Assembly: GCA_040954595.2 (NCBI GenBank)
Contig: CM082576.2
Coordinates: 6,513,129 to 6,577,128 of the forward strand
DNA from: Balanoglossus misakiensis
Lineage: Eukaryota; Animalia; Hemichordata
Direction of reading: 5' to 3'
Length of the DNA stretch: 64,000 bases
How positions within the stretch are numbered: the stretch's first letter is position 1; each line of letters starts with the position of its first letter. The notes below the pieces were generated by a model. It did no database searches and was not told the origin of the DNA. It was given only the letters and a program-made list of their open reading frames with translations. The translations under genes and the position numbers were made by a program. Below, in pieces: positions 13,761 through 24,603 of this stretch.

Positions 13761-13953
13761 TCTTGAAATTTGAAGCTACTTTATTGCCAGAATCGTTAGA
13801 TTAATATGATTTGTATTTTTTGTATCTTTTTCATTTTATTTGGGTAATTTATTTTTTTCTTCTCTCTATGTCGAAGTTATCTCAAGCTATTGCAAGTGTC
13901 TCTTAAAACAAAAGTGTGCAGCTGCGTAATTTTCAATTTCTTTCTTTCCAATG

Positions 13954-15505
13954 TTATGTATTGTAGAAGACAAAATCCAACAGTTGACTTCGGTGATCGT
14001 TCTCCGAGGGACAAACCGTTTCCTCCTGAAGCCACCCGTGTAAGAATCGAAGGTGTACTTTCAGGTAGTCAATTTCCATCCTGTGTTCGTCCCTAGCTCG
14101 TGGCCGAATCTCTCCCCATAGATGTTTCGCTGCCGAGAAAACAGTCTTTGCATTGTCAACCAGTTTTGCCTGTGAGGTAGATTGAATTAGAAGTTATATT
14201 TTTTCAACCAGTTTAGCTTGATATAAAGGACACCAATCGAAGGAAACGTCAAGGAAAGGTCGATAATGGAAAATATAATAGAACAACATAGAAAAACTGT
14301 TCAGTTGTGAACATATTTGGGCGTTACGAAGTGAAAATGTCCATTTTGTCTCGAAGATGCATTTTACATTATAGATAGATTAGTTTGATTTTACAATAAA
14401 TTACCTGTAAAAATTCCCTTGTTTTGATAAGCATCTGACGAACTTCCTCCAACTTTTCCTCCATATTGACGTCATTAATGACGTTTTTCTTGTCAGTTTT
14501 GAAATACGATTGCTTTAGAAACAGTAATCTCGTCAGATCGTCTTGGTGTTCATTCCACAACCTGCTCCCGGGTTCGATGCGATAGAGTCGAACGCAGAAC
14601 TGGCGACCGGTGCAGTTCAAAACCACGGTTTTGGTGTACGTCGCCGGCAGTGGGGCTCTTTTCGTGGCGTTTGGAAGGAGGGCGACGTCTCTCTTCAGCA
14701 GAACGTCGGTGTGCGTCTCGTTTACTGCTTCCTTGTGCGTCGCCCGTCGCACGTCCAACCACTGGAGTTCTTCGGTCCGGCCAGCGAAAATGTAGAACCC
14801 CCAAGAACATCCTCGCTCGCGTATCAGATACGCCAGTCTGATCATGTCAAGTCGCAGGGATCTCACATCAGGCTCATAGCCAGAGCTGGTTTTGTTCATC
14901 ATGATCGCCGTGATTATCTTCACTTTTTTGCCGGTCAAGCGTTTGCAGAGTGCAATGTCAATCTTCGGACGCACCGGGATACGCCCATACCTGTTGTACC
15001 GCAGTTTGGAATGACTGTATTCCAGAAGAACCTGGTTTAGACTTATTCCCCTCGAGGACATGACGTAAGTCATGACGTCATAAAGTCTGCCCTGGAGGAA
15101 TTTCTTGTCTTTGAGTAACTCTCTCTTTCCAGTCACAATATCGTCGGCCAACATACCGTGGAACGACGCGCACGTTTCTCTCAGTAGAGTTTCGCTGCAT
15201 TTGTAGTCCTCCCCAAAGGCCTTATCTGCCGAGCCTTGAAGTACGTGTATCGTCCCATCGGTTTCATAATCTAATTTTCCGTCTTCCAGACTTTGAACGC
15301 TCCTCCTTGGTTTGACGCAGTCGTCAGTTGCAGGTTCGGTTTTGTCTCTACCTGCAGAGAGACATTGTTGCTTTTCCGACCGTGATCCAGACTCAAGTTT
15401 GTTGTCGTCGTGATCGTCCAGCTCATGTCCGTTGACAATATCAGAACCAATGCTAAGTCCATCGATTGTCACGTCATCATCAGTACTATAACCTGCTTCG
15501 GACAT
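13954..15505 (-). CDS. Uncharacterised protein, paralogue B, PD-(D/E)XK restriction-endonuclease-like fold with degenerate active site, 438 aa
   Basis: Exon 1 15505-14405 (ATG, MSEAGYSTDDD; donor CAG|gtaatt). Exon 2 14169-13954 (cacag|GCAAAACTG...TAA). Phase-0 intron. Core: VLLEYSH...RPKIDIAL...IITAIMMNK...LRLDMIRLAYL...WGFYIFAG. Confidence 0.75.
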
Positions 15506-16182
15506 ACCAAATGACAATATATAAACTGTTGTGGAATATTGCAGACAGCCTAAAGGGAACCCCAGCGAAGAACGTGCTCAAATTATACCGGTCCAAACTG
15601 AACAGGTCAAACTCTCACAATCGATCACCGGTGTTTTGTCTTATATATCGATTACATTACCTAAGTTGAAAGTTGAATACTCTGAATCGACCTGTGAGGT
15701 CAATTAGTTATCTGTGTGTCGAATTAGTGAAAGAAATCCTGTTTTTAGCACATGGAGCTTAGAAGCCGGTAGGTCGGGCGGACTGATGGACGGAGCCCAA
15801 TGCATAAGTCTTCGTCGATCGCGGGGCTAACGAATGACGGCTTAGTCGAACATACTTTATGAGGTAAAGTTCGACGTCTAATAACTGTAAAACTAATTAT
15901 GCTTGTTATGAATATTAGACATTTATTAAATAGATCTACCCGTATTCTTAAAAACTACATGACGTTCTTGTATTTAAAAAAAAGAGAAAACAAAACTTTT
16001 CAGCTGCAAACGATTATAATGATTTTCATATCTAAAAGACAGGGATTACAGATAACATAGTCACGATGAAACAACGCGTTCATGATTTATTCCTTTCTTT
16101 GGCACATAACGTCGTAATCTACCCATCTGTACGACGAACTTGAATCATTAATATCCCAGCAGGTTCAGGCAAGTTTCAGGCT

Positions 16183-17541
16183 CTACTCCGCGGTGAAGTC
16201 CTCGTCTGTATAGCTAGAAGTTTCCGTCGTTTCGTAAAGCGATTCCAGATCCTCAGAATCTTCTGACGAATCGTCGTCGTATTCTCGGTCGACTTTGGGT
16301 TGCGTGGACTTCAGCTTGACGATTCTTTCTTTAAGATGCATGAATTGTCCCTGCAGGAACTCGGCGTCTGCCTTCTCCGTCTTGTCCAATTTCTTGACGC
16401 TGAGAAGTTCCAGGAACAAAATTCTTATGCCAGAAAGTGTCGCCAACGTACGGTTCAGCAGACCAGCCTATAGTGAAAATGAAATGTATAACATGGGGTT
16501 TATGAGAACATGGACAGTTCCACTATTGGTGGTACTCCCATGTCTCAGTCAGTCAGTCTATACGTTTCTATGGAAATAACACAAAAAGTGAAACCGCAAC
16601 TTGGTCGAGTCTCCCCCCCCCCCACTCCCCTTCTCTCTGACTGAAAAGTTCGGATACTTATTTACCTCGAAATGATAACGAGCCCTTTTAATCTGCATCC
16701 GCAGATCTTCCAACTGTTGTTTTGCATCCCAGCTGCCGATAATCCCCGGACTCTTGACAGCAAAATGAATGCCGAAAAAGTGATCAAGTCTTTCAAAGTC
16801 CGGCTTCTTCAGATCGTCGACCTCCTCGCCAAACTCGATCCGGTAACCCCTCACGCACAGTTCGGGCGTCACCTGGTTCTGCACGACCGTTTTGACGCAG
16901 AACGACGGCAGGGGTTTGCCGAGTTGCGGGACACATTGCAGGTGTTTGTTCAAGAAGAACTCCAGACTTGCTTCCTCCTGGCTCATGGTGATGGGCAGCC
17001 TCCTGAGATCCCACGACTTGAGGTCTTCCATTCGGCCAGCCCAGATGTAGAACGCCCACCTGCATCCCTCCACTCGGGCCAAGAAAGCCAGCCTTGCCAT
17101 GTCCACTCCGTAACCTCTTTCATCGTCGGGCTCGTTCGAGCCGTCCACGTTTCTCACCATAACCGCCGTGATATCTGCTATGTCGGGCTGGGTGGGAACA
17201 TGCTTACGCAACATGATATCGACCACGGGGCGCACTATTGTCGACCCTTTCAAATGCACCAACTTCTTACTGTGGAAATTCTTGATGATTTCGCCATCTT
17301 GAAAGCCGTTTCTTGCCGCCATGCCGCAGAAAGTATCGAAAGCCTGCTTCAGCAGGTACCCCTTTTCTTCCAGCACCCTCCCTTTTAACTGCTGCACAGA
17401 CAGTCTTGTGTGGAGCTCGACACAAGTCTGGCGGATGACTTCGTGATTCCACCGGTACGACTCGGCGTCTTCATCTTCATAGTCGCCGTTTTCCGTAGAC
17501 GCAATACTTTCGACGTCGTTCAAAGCACCCGACGCGAACAT
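16183..17541 (-). CDS. Uncharacterised protein, paralogue A, PD-(D/E)XK restriction-endonuclease-like fold with degenerate active site, 386 aa
   Basis: Exon 1 17541-16666 (donor GAG|gtaaat). Exon 2 16467-16183 (tatag|GCTGGTCTG...TAG). Core RPVVDIML...ITAVMVRN...EPD...GVDMARLAFL...GCRWAFYIWAGR...PLP...KTVV.N...CVR.YRIE aligns with paralogue B. Same intron position. Acidic N- and C-terminal tails. Confidence 0.78.
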
Positions 17542-18521
17542 CTTTGACCGTGGGGCCTTCTAATATTCCAACATACGACAAACGCGGTGTCTATCTTCAC
17601 GATTTGATCACCTAGGTAGCCAGTTACGCCTCTGAAAGGACAACGTGACAAACCCGCTTTTTGGTGGTTTAAGTTTTTTCTCGGCATATTACAAAAACGT
17701 GGAAAATCAATAACCCTGGTGTGGTGGTTCTTTTAAGTATTTATTTAGCCCGAAAATAGCAACGGACAAAGATGATAGACCAATTATTGTGTGGTGCCTA
17801 ATCGAACGTTTTGGGTTTTTCATGACTTTGCAGGATTATTTATTAAGCCGAAATCGTAAAATTATAAAGCGTTCTCACGGTCGCGCAACTTGTAGTACAA
17901 CAATGTGTACAATTCAAGGTAAATGCACAAATTGGTCACACAATAAAAGTTACTAAACAAATTAGGGCCGATATGGATTACCAAAGTCTTTCTGACAACC
18001 TACAACCGGGTATCATATGCCTGGTTTGTGCACCATATTAGTTTGTTACTTGTCCTGTCCGATTTTCATTGTGATAAACGATTTTACACCACGAACCCTG
18101 AATATATCTGGTAAATGTTTTGAGGAAAAGTTCTCGTGCAACAAGCAGCAAATTATACAATGAACGTTTACACAATTAAAAAAAAAGTATAACACTTTTT
18201 AGGCAGTGAAGTACACTTAGTATTTATATCACAGTCTCTTGGAAACGCCTTTTCTGCTGATGTACATGCATTCACTTTTTTGTTTCCCTTGAACTTTGAC
18301 GTAGATCCTGGTTTTCTCAAATAGTTTTCGAGTTTGAAATAATTGGTTGGCTCTTTATTAGTGGCGCCTGGTTTTTAAATTAAGCGTTTTCACCCCGATT
18401 CAAGCTAGTTGGGGAATTTTTCGTGTACGTTGACAAGTAAAAGACAGGTCAGACTCCCTTTCCATTCGATTCCAGAGAGTTCGTGAATTTTATTTGTTGA
18501 GTTAAGGGGTCATATCTCAAC

Positions 18522-21500
18522 ATGGCGCTGTGCCCGAGGTGTGTGAACGATCTTGAAAAACTGCAGGAGGAACGTTTTGTCGCCGATGGAGTGCCGACCT
18601 TGAGTTCAATCGAACAGGTGAGTCGCGGCTTTATTCTGAAAATGAAAATGACAAGCCTGTTTGTGCCGTGACCTCGGGGTCCTTCTTAAGCAGACCCAAA
18701 TACTTGAGTGGTCCGTGGTCGGGCACATGAAATGAATGACTAAGTCAAACATGGCATTGATATATTATAACGGACGCTGATCATAACATAATCGATGAAC
18801 TGTCGACCGTTTATATAATTAGTACATTGAGTATTCAACTGTAACCCAACGGTGATTTTTATTTTTATTTTGCTGTACACGACGACCTTCAGAGATATAT
18901 GAACTGGTTGCCCATTCTAATTTTATGCTATGCGTCCCATGCATGATATGCACTTCATTACTGAGTAATGGAGACATCACAAGGAAAAAATCAAAACCCA
19001 CTGGAAAACATTTATTTTTTGTAATTTTCAAACATTTACTGTTTTAGTACGCTATTGTAGCGAGTACAGTGATATCACGTGTGTGTCGTCCACATCCATG
19101 ACACAGTGTGTCAAAGGTCAACACTGTCGGGGTCAATAGATTGCACTTGATACATTAACCCATTTATGAACAATCCAGTGACTCAGAAAATGAAAGAAAC
19201 ATTTCACATGTGTAAATTTCTTGTTTTCATGTGCAGGAGAGGGTGGAAGCATCAGTATCTGAGCTGTACGAGAAGTTTAACAGTTATTCAGATGTACATG
19301 CTGAGTAAGTAGACCAGTTGTTGGAATTGGCCGGTGATAAAACTTTAAGCCCTTGTTCAGTTCATGGAGAGACTGTGTCCAGTTCAGTTCCATCTTTTGT
19401 CAATTATTTATTTATTTAAAAATCCACAAGTGGTTTTGATATTTTCTCTACATCCATTCATTTATTTTCACAGTCCAATCCTCGACAAGAAGAAACATAT
19501 ACAATACTTGCTAAAAGGTTTAAAGAATCTCACCGAGTCGTACGAATGTTTGGACGCCAGCAGACCCTGGCTGTGTTACTGGATCTTGCACAGTCTGTAC
19601 TTGCTTGGAGAACAGATATCGGAAGATCAAGCTTCGAGGTAATTTCTTGTTCACAATTATCAGAGACAGTAAAATTCCCTTTGCGTATTGTCCAGGGATT
19701 TTAGCAGTGAAACTTCCTGGCGGCTAATTTGTTGTTTACTATTTCTCTAAACAGTGTGGCTCAATTTATCAAAAGATGTCAAGATCCAAATGGTGGATTT
19801 GCAGGTAATGATTTTTCAAAAGTACGTTAGAAATAATTCGTATATTATAATTATTACTGGTCCCCTTTTTCATTCTGAATCATGATGCCACTTGCAAGAA
19901 CAGAAATTGATTGATGACATCTTCTGTTTTGTGCAGGTGGGCCTGGCCAAGTAGCTCATCTTGCCCCGACATACGCAGCAGTCAATGCACTGTGTACGCT
20001 TGGAACTCAGGAAGCTTATGATGTCATAGACAGGTAGGATCATAATGTGTTTGTCATGATCTCTCATGAGTTGGCAATTGTTTGTTACAGCATTTACATG
20101 ATGTTGTGTTGTCTTTCTTTCTCAGACCAAAATTACATCAATTTCTGATGAAAATGAGAACTCCAGAGGGCGCTTTCACAATGCATGAAGGTGGAGAAAT
20201 AGACATCAGGTGAGGAAACTTCGTTTTTATCTTTTGATCTTTTGGGATGTATTGTTAGTGGTGTAGTCCACCGACTTATTTTCTGCAACAACATCTGAAA
20301 TGTTAATAACTGTACGTACTAATTAAAAGAAGTATTGCCACACGACTTTTGAGGCTTTGTGATGACTGAGTGTGGCAAACTCTATGGATGAAAAAAACTG
20401 ACCATGAACTTTGTTGTTTCTCACACAGAGGTGCATACTGTGCATCAGTAGCAGCACAGCTGGCAAATGTAGCAACTCCAAAAATGTTTGATGGAACACC
20501 TGAGTGGATTATCAGGTATTTCAGTTAGGACTGTTTTCACTGTTTTAATTGCGATTATTTTGATTGAAAATCTTGCTGTGCTGTGTTGTTGTCATGGTGA
20601 TGGATGATGTTAAAGTTAGCCAGTCATAGTCAAGGGCACACACGCTGATGAGATAGCTACTAATGTAAGGTGAGAGACAAAATGGAGGTATTAATAGCCA
20701 TGTGATTTTATTTTTGTTCTTTTAGCTGTCAAACATACGAAGGTGGATTTTCTGGTTACCCAGGATTAGAAGCTCACGGTGGCTATTCCTTCTGTGGTTT
20801 TGCAGCGCTAGTTATCTTGGGACATGACAGACTATGCGACACCAAGAGTCTCCTGGTAAGCCTTGATTTGAAAGAACAGTTTCTTCATATCTTGAGCTGG
20901 TAAAGTTCTGATGTGGATAGAAGTTGTTACACAGGCTTTATGAGAGGGTGGCGGTTCTGTGAATAACACATTTTGGATGTTACTGTACTGGTATCTTGAA
21001 ATGAGGATTCATTGTTGAGTGAAAACTAACAGCATTTCGACTGAATGCTACAAGATAGATTTTTTTCCTGCATGAAACATTGATCGATCTCTTCGTCTGC
21101 TTCCAGAGATGGACGGTGAACCGGCAGATGCGGTTCGAGGGTGGTTTCCAAGGCCGCACCAATAAACTGGTGGATGGGTGTTACTCTTTCTGGCAAGGCG
21201 GTGTTCTGCCGCTCCTTCACAGGGTGCTCAGTGTTCAAGGTGACCATGCACTGAGCGGGGAAAAGTGGATGTTCGATCACGGTATGTGTGATTCATGTGA
21301 TGCCAAATGGGACATCTAGTGCTTAGTCAGACATATTTCTGTGTATTAAGGACACCTCTCTATTAAGGACAGATTTTCTGTTCCCAGTAGTGTCCTTAAT
21401 AGACAGGTTTCACTGTATTTGGTTTAGAGTGTGGTATTTATCTAGCAATTTTTAAGCGAGAGAAAAACGGGGCTGTTTTTGATCCAGGTAATATTTCTGT

Positions 21501-22607
21501 ACTTGAAATTTTTTGGGGAGGATACCGATAGTGTTTACGTACCTTATTTTGACTTTCTTCAATTTTCCTCTGTTTTAGCGGCTCTCCAGGAATACATTCT
21601 TCTTTGCTGTCAGAACTCCAGCGGGGGTCTCATTGATAAACCCGGCAAGTAAGTTGACCTTGCTAACTGTAACATCCCATTGATTTATTGATTTTCCCCC
21701 CTTTTCACTTTAACAGTGTTTCCTTTTATTACATAAAAGATTACCTTGACATGTCAACAGCAATACACAGGACTGAAATGTTTTGCGTGTGAACAAACAC
21801 TGTCCCTTTCACTCAAGTGTATGAAATGTTCAATGTTTAACGACCAGTCTCATTCTTAAAAAAAAACAGGAACAATAAAGGTATTTTTAATTCCCAGGAT
21901 CGTCTGACACATCAATGCATGACCAGTGCAATTTTATGGCCAGAATGTGAAAAAAGATGCACACTACAATATCATAACACAACATTCAATTTTGTTTTGT
22001 CTGTTGAAAATATTGTAAGTAACATAACATTATGTTCAGTAAGGTAATTCAGGTGGATAATGTGTGATATGTTATTTTTTAACAAGTAAATCTTATGATT
22101 ATTTAATTTTTTACAGGGCCAGGGATCATTATCACACGTGTTACACCCTCAGTGGTTTGTCAGTAGCTCAGCATTTTTCTCATGGATCATTAGGTCATGA
22201 ATTAGTTCTTGGTCATCCTGACAATGAACTGGTATGTTTATTCTCTCTTCCTTAAGTTCCCCCCCCCCCCCCAGTGATGATTGATGTTCGTCATGAAAAT
22301 CCTGTGTGTAGTTGTGTCCTCGTGCAGATTAACAAGGAGCATCTACAGAGCCAGAACGTCGCACCAGTCAACTTTAACAGACCGGAGAGTTTTGCAGTCT
22401 GCTAACAAGCAAAGTAACACCCCCTCTCAAACAAGAAAAACCACACAAAAAACAAGCAAGGAAATTAACCACATTTTGACATCTTTATTTTCACAGAGAC
22501 GAATTCATCCACTATACAACATAGGACTGAAAGCAGCATTAGATGCACACAAACACTTTACATCTCTAGAAGTACCAGGTAGTCAAGAAAGTGCAAGTTC
22601 TGAGTAG
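18522..22607 (+). CDS. FNTB: Protein farnesyltransferase subunit beta, 415 aa
   Basis: Exons 18522-18617, 19237-19304, 19474-19638, 19755-19804, 19937-20033, 20126-20209, 20429-20515, 20726-20855, 21107-21281, 21579-21648, 22117-22231, 22497-22607; 1248 nt in frame. Motifs YECLDASRPWLCYWILHSL, HLAPTYAAVNAL, GGEIDIRGAYCA, EAHGGYSFCG, EGGFQGRTNKLVDGCYSFWQ, DKPGK-ARDHYHTCYTLSGLSVAQ, IHPLYNI. Confidence 0.97.
21341..21417. mobile_element. Truncated MITE-like hairpin element in an FNTB intron (Tc1/mariner-pogo-type terminus)
   Basis: Internal direct repeats TATTAAGGACA (two copies) and an inverted copy GTGTCCTTAATA. Ends in ACAGGTTTCACTG-TA (reverse complement TA-CAGTGAAACCTGT). Left terminus not seen. 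Confidence 0.55.
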
Positions 22608-24455
22608 ACAACAATGTATGAATCTTACAGTACAGTAGTAGAAAAAAAAATCCTTTTAATACACGCATAGCAAAAGCTAGAGATATGAACAAAACAGAAT
22701 TTCTGTGATTGTAGCTGTATTTGACACACCAGTTCTTGAATGATAATCATCTCTTGTCTGCACATTTTCGCCAGTGTTCATATGTTAGTATACTTACCTC
22801 CCTTTGCTGTACTGAACTTCCACAAAAAGTTTACTTATTTAAAGAAATCTTCTATAAATAACTGTACATTAGAATAGTCTTTGAGACAGTCTTTGAGACA
22901 ATCCATGTGAAACAGTGTTGAAGTCTTAAGTTTATGTGTGTCTGTTGTCTGTCCTATAAAGGTAATCTGAAAGAAAACCAGTGAATGTACAAACACACAG
23001 AAAAGTGAAACTAGTGGACAAAATGCCAAAAGTTATGAGAGTGGCATCCTACAAAGTGGGATCATCTGCATAATTTAAAAAAAAATGTCAAGGTTATCAG
23101 GTAGCTATTTAGACAAACCCATTCATAATTTCTGCAGAACACAGAATAATGTGACTAGAGCGATCAGAATTGGCGCTCAGAGTTAGTAGATCCAAAATTA
23201 AACTTGTTACTAAATTCACATTTTCTTAAGCCATGAAAATGTGGATGTTTTTGAACTCGCTGTTGATCGACTGCATTTCTGCTGTTCAGTCAGTCTATGA
23301 CAACTGACGCAATCACCTCTATGAATGCCAGATTCGGTCGAATTGAACCTTGAGAACTGCAGGAAGGAAAAGCTATTCCAACAAAAGAATTCACGCTGTC
23401 GGTCGCTGACACAATGTCAATGGTTCTCAAAACGATATTTCGCAGGAAGAATGTAATATCCTTTGTGTTTTCAATCTTGAGTGATTTTAATCATTTGTGT
23501 TTATGACAGCCACACAAGAAAAAAACGCCACCAAATGCACAAAGTTTACTTGTACTACAAAGGATGGCTACCGACATGTTTGGAGAATCCAGCCCCTTGA
23601 GATCGTGCCTCAGCTGGGTCTCCCTGGTGTTATCCAGGTTTGAATGTAAATTACCTCGGCGGTAATGGTTGTCCTCAATAAAACCATGTCTACTCTTTCC
23701 GTATGGGACAGCCTTGTTGTGTGTGGCATGTTATAGCTTGCAAGTTGCAGTGCATTGCCCCTATGGGCTATATTGAGTAGCCCCCTACAGGAGGTTAAAG
23801 GTCACCCTTGTAGCCCTTCAACCATTCCTCCTACACACATGCATCTCACGCTGGCAAGTTTTCATGCATACCCCAATTCAGGCTTGTAGGCAGTGTTGGT
23901 GCAGCCCCCTCTCCTAAATTAAATTATACAATGTAGCTTTGTGGACCGACAAAAAGGCTAAGACATGTTGAAAACTACGCCCCACCCCACTCCACCCCTT
24001 CAACATGTATCCTGGAGTGTCTAAGTGATAAACCTGATATTTGTTGGAAAGCATGGTCAGTATCAAGTCGAACAAAGTGCAGTTACTAGTATGTGTTTAC
24101 AGGAAAAATGAATTTTGTAAATGACACTACATGCATGTATTAACATTTCATGCAGTTTTGCATAGACCGACATATTTTCCGCATCATGCCTTTCCCAATA
24201 TTGAGGTGTGTGAGCACTTCTAATGACAACTCCATAAGTAAATATTGATTTATCAAGCTTTTCAAATTTTGTCATGTCATGTCATGCACAAGCCCCAATG
24301 TTATGTCAGCTTTTTATTACATTTTATTGGTCTATGCGCTGACAGCATTTGTCACTGTGACTATTTATGTTTTTCATACCAGGTCTTTTGTTTTGTAGTG
24401 TTGTTTTTTTTCTATTTGCAAAAGTAAACAGGCCCTTCACCAATTGGTCTACCTT

Positions 24456-24603
24456 AATAAATCAAATATTTTTATAACTGGAGTACACATCAGATGACAA
24501 CCACACTTAGTCATGATCAAAACAGTATCATCACCGTATCATGCACGCACGCACACACACAAATGGACAGACAAAAATGTAATTGACCAATACAGGTTTT
24601 ATT
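24456..24603. terminator. Candidate convergent poly(A) signals of FNTB (+) and MAX (-)
   Basis: AATAAA at 24456-24461 on +. TTTATT at 24598-24603 (AATAAA on -). Implies 3' UTRs of about 1.9 kb and 3.4 kb; other signals could be used instead. Confidence 0.35.

Noticed and set aside
14543-15040. 165-aa plus-strand ORF
   Set aside because: Antisense shadow of the GC-rich exon of paralogue B; non-ATG start and no motifs.
16672-17388. 238-aa plus-strand ORF
   Set aside because: Antisense shadow of paralogue A; the conserved homology is on the minus strand.
11291-17541. Island as bacterial contamination or a true operon
   Set aside because: All three genes have canonical phase-consistent GT-AG introns, two have AATAAA signals, and orientations are convergent.
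11291-17541. Island as an intact transposon (Polinton/Maverick, Helitron, non-LTR element)
   Set aside because: No integrase, polymerase, helicase or reverse transcriptase motifs, and no terminal repeats or target-site duplications that I could see.
22876-22899. Tandem 12-mer AGTCTTTGAGAC (two copies)
   Set aside because: Simple slippage duplication in the FNTB 3' UTR.
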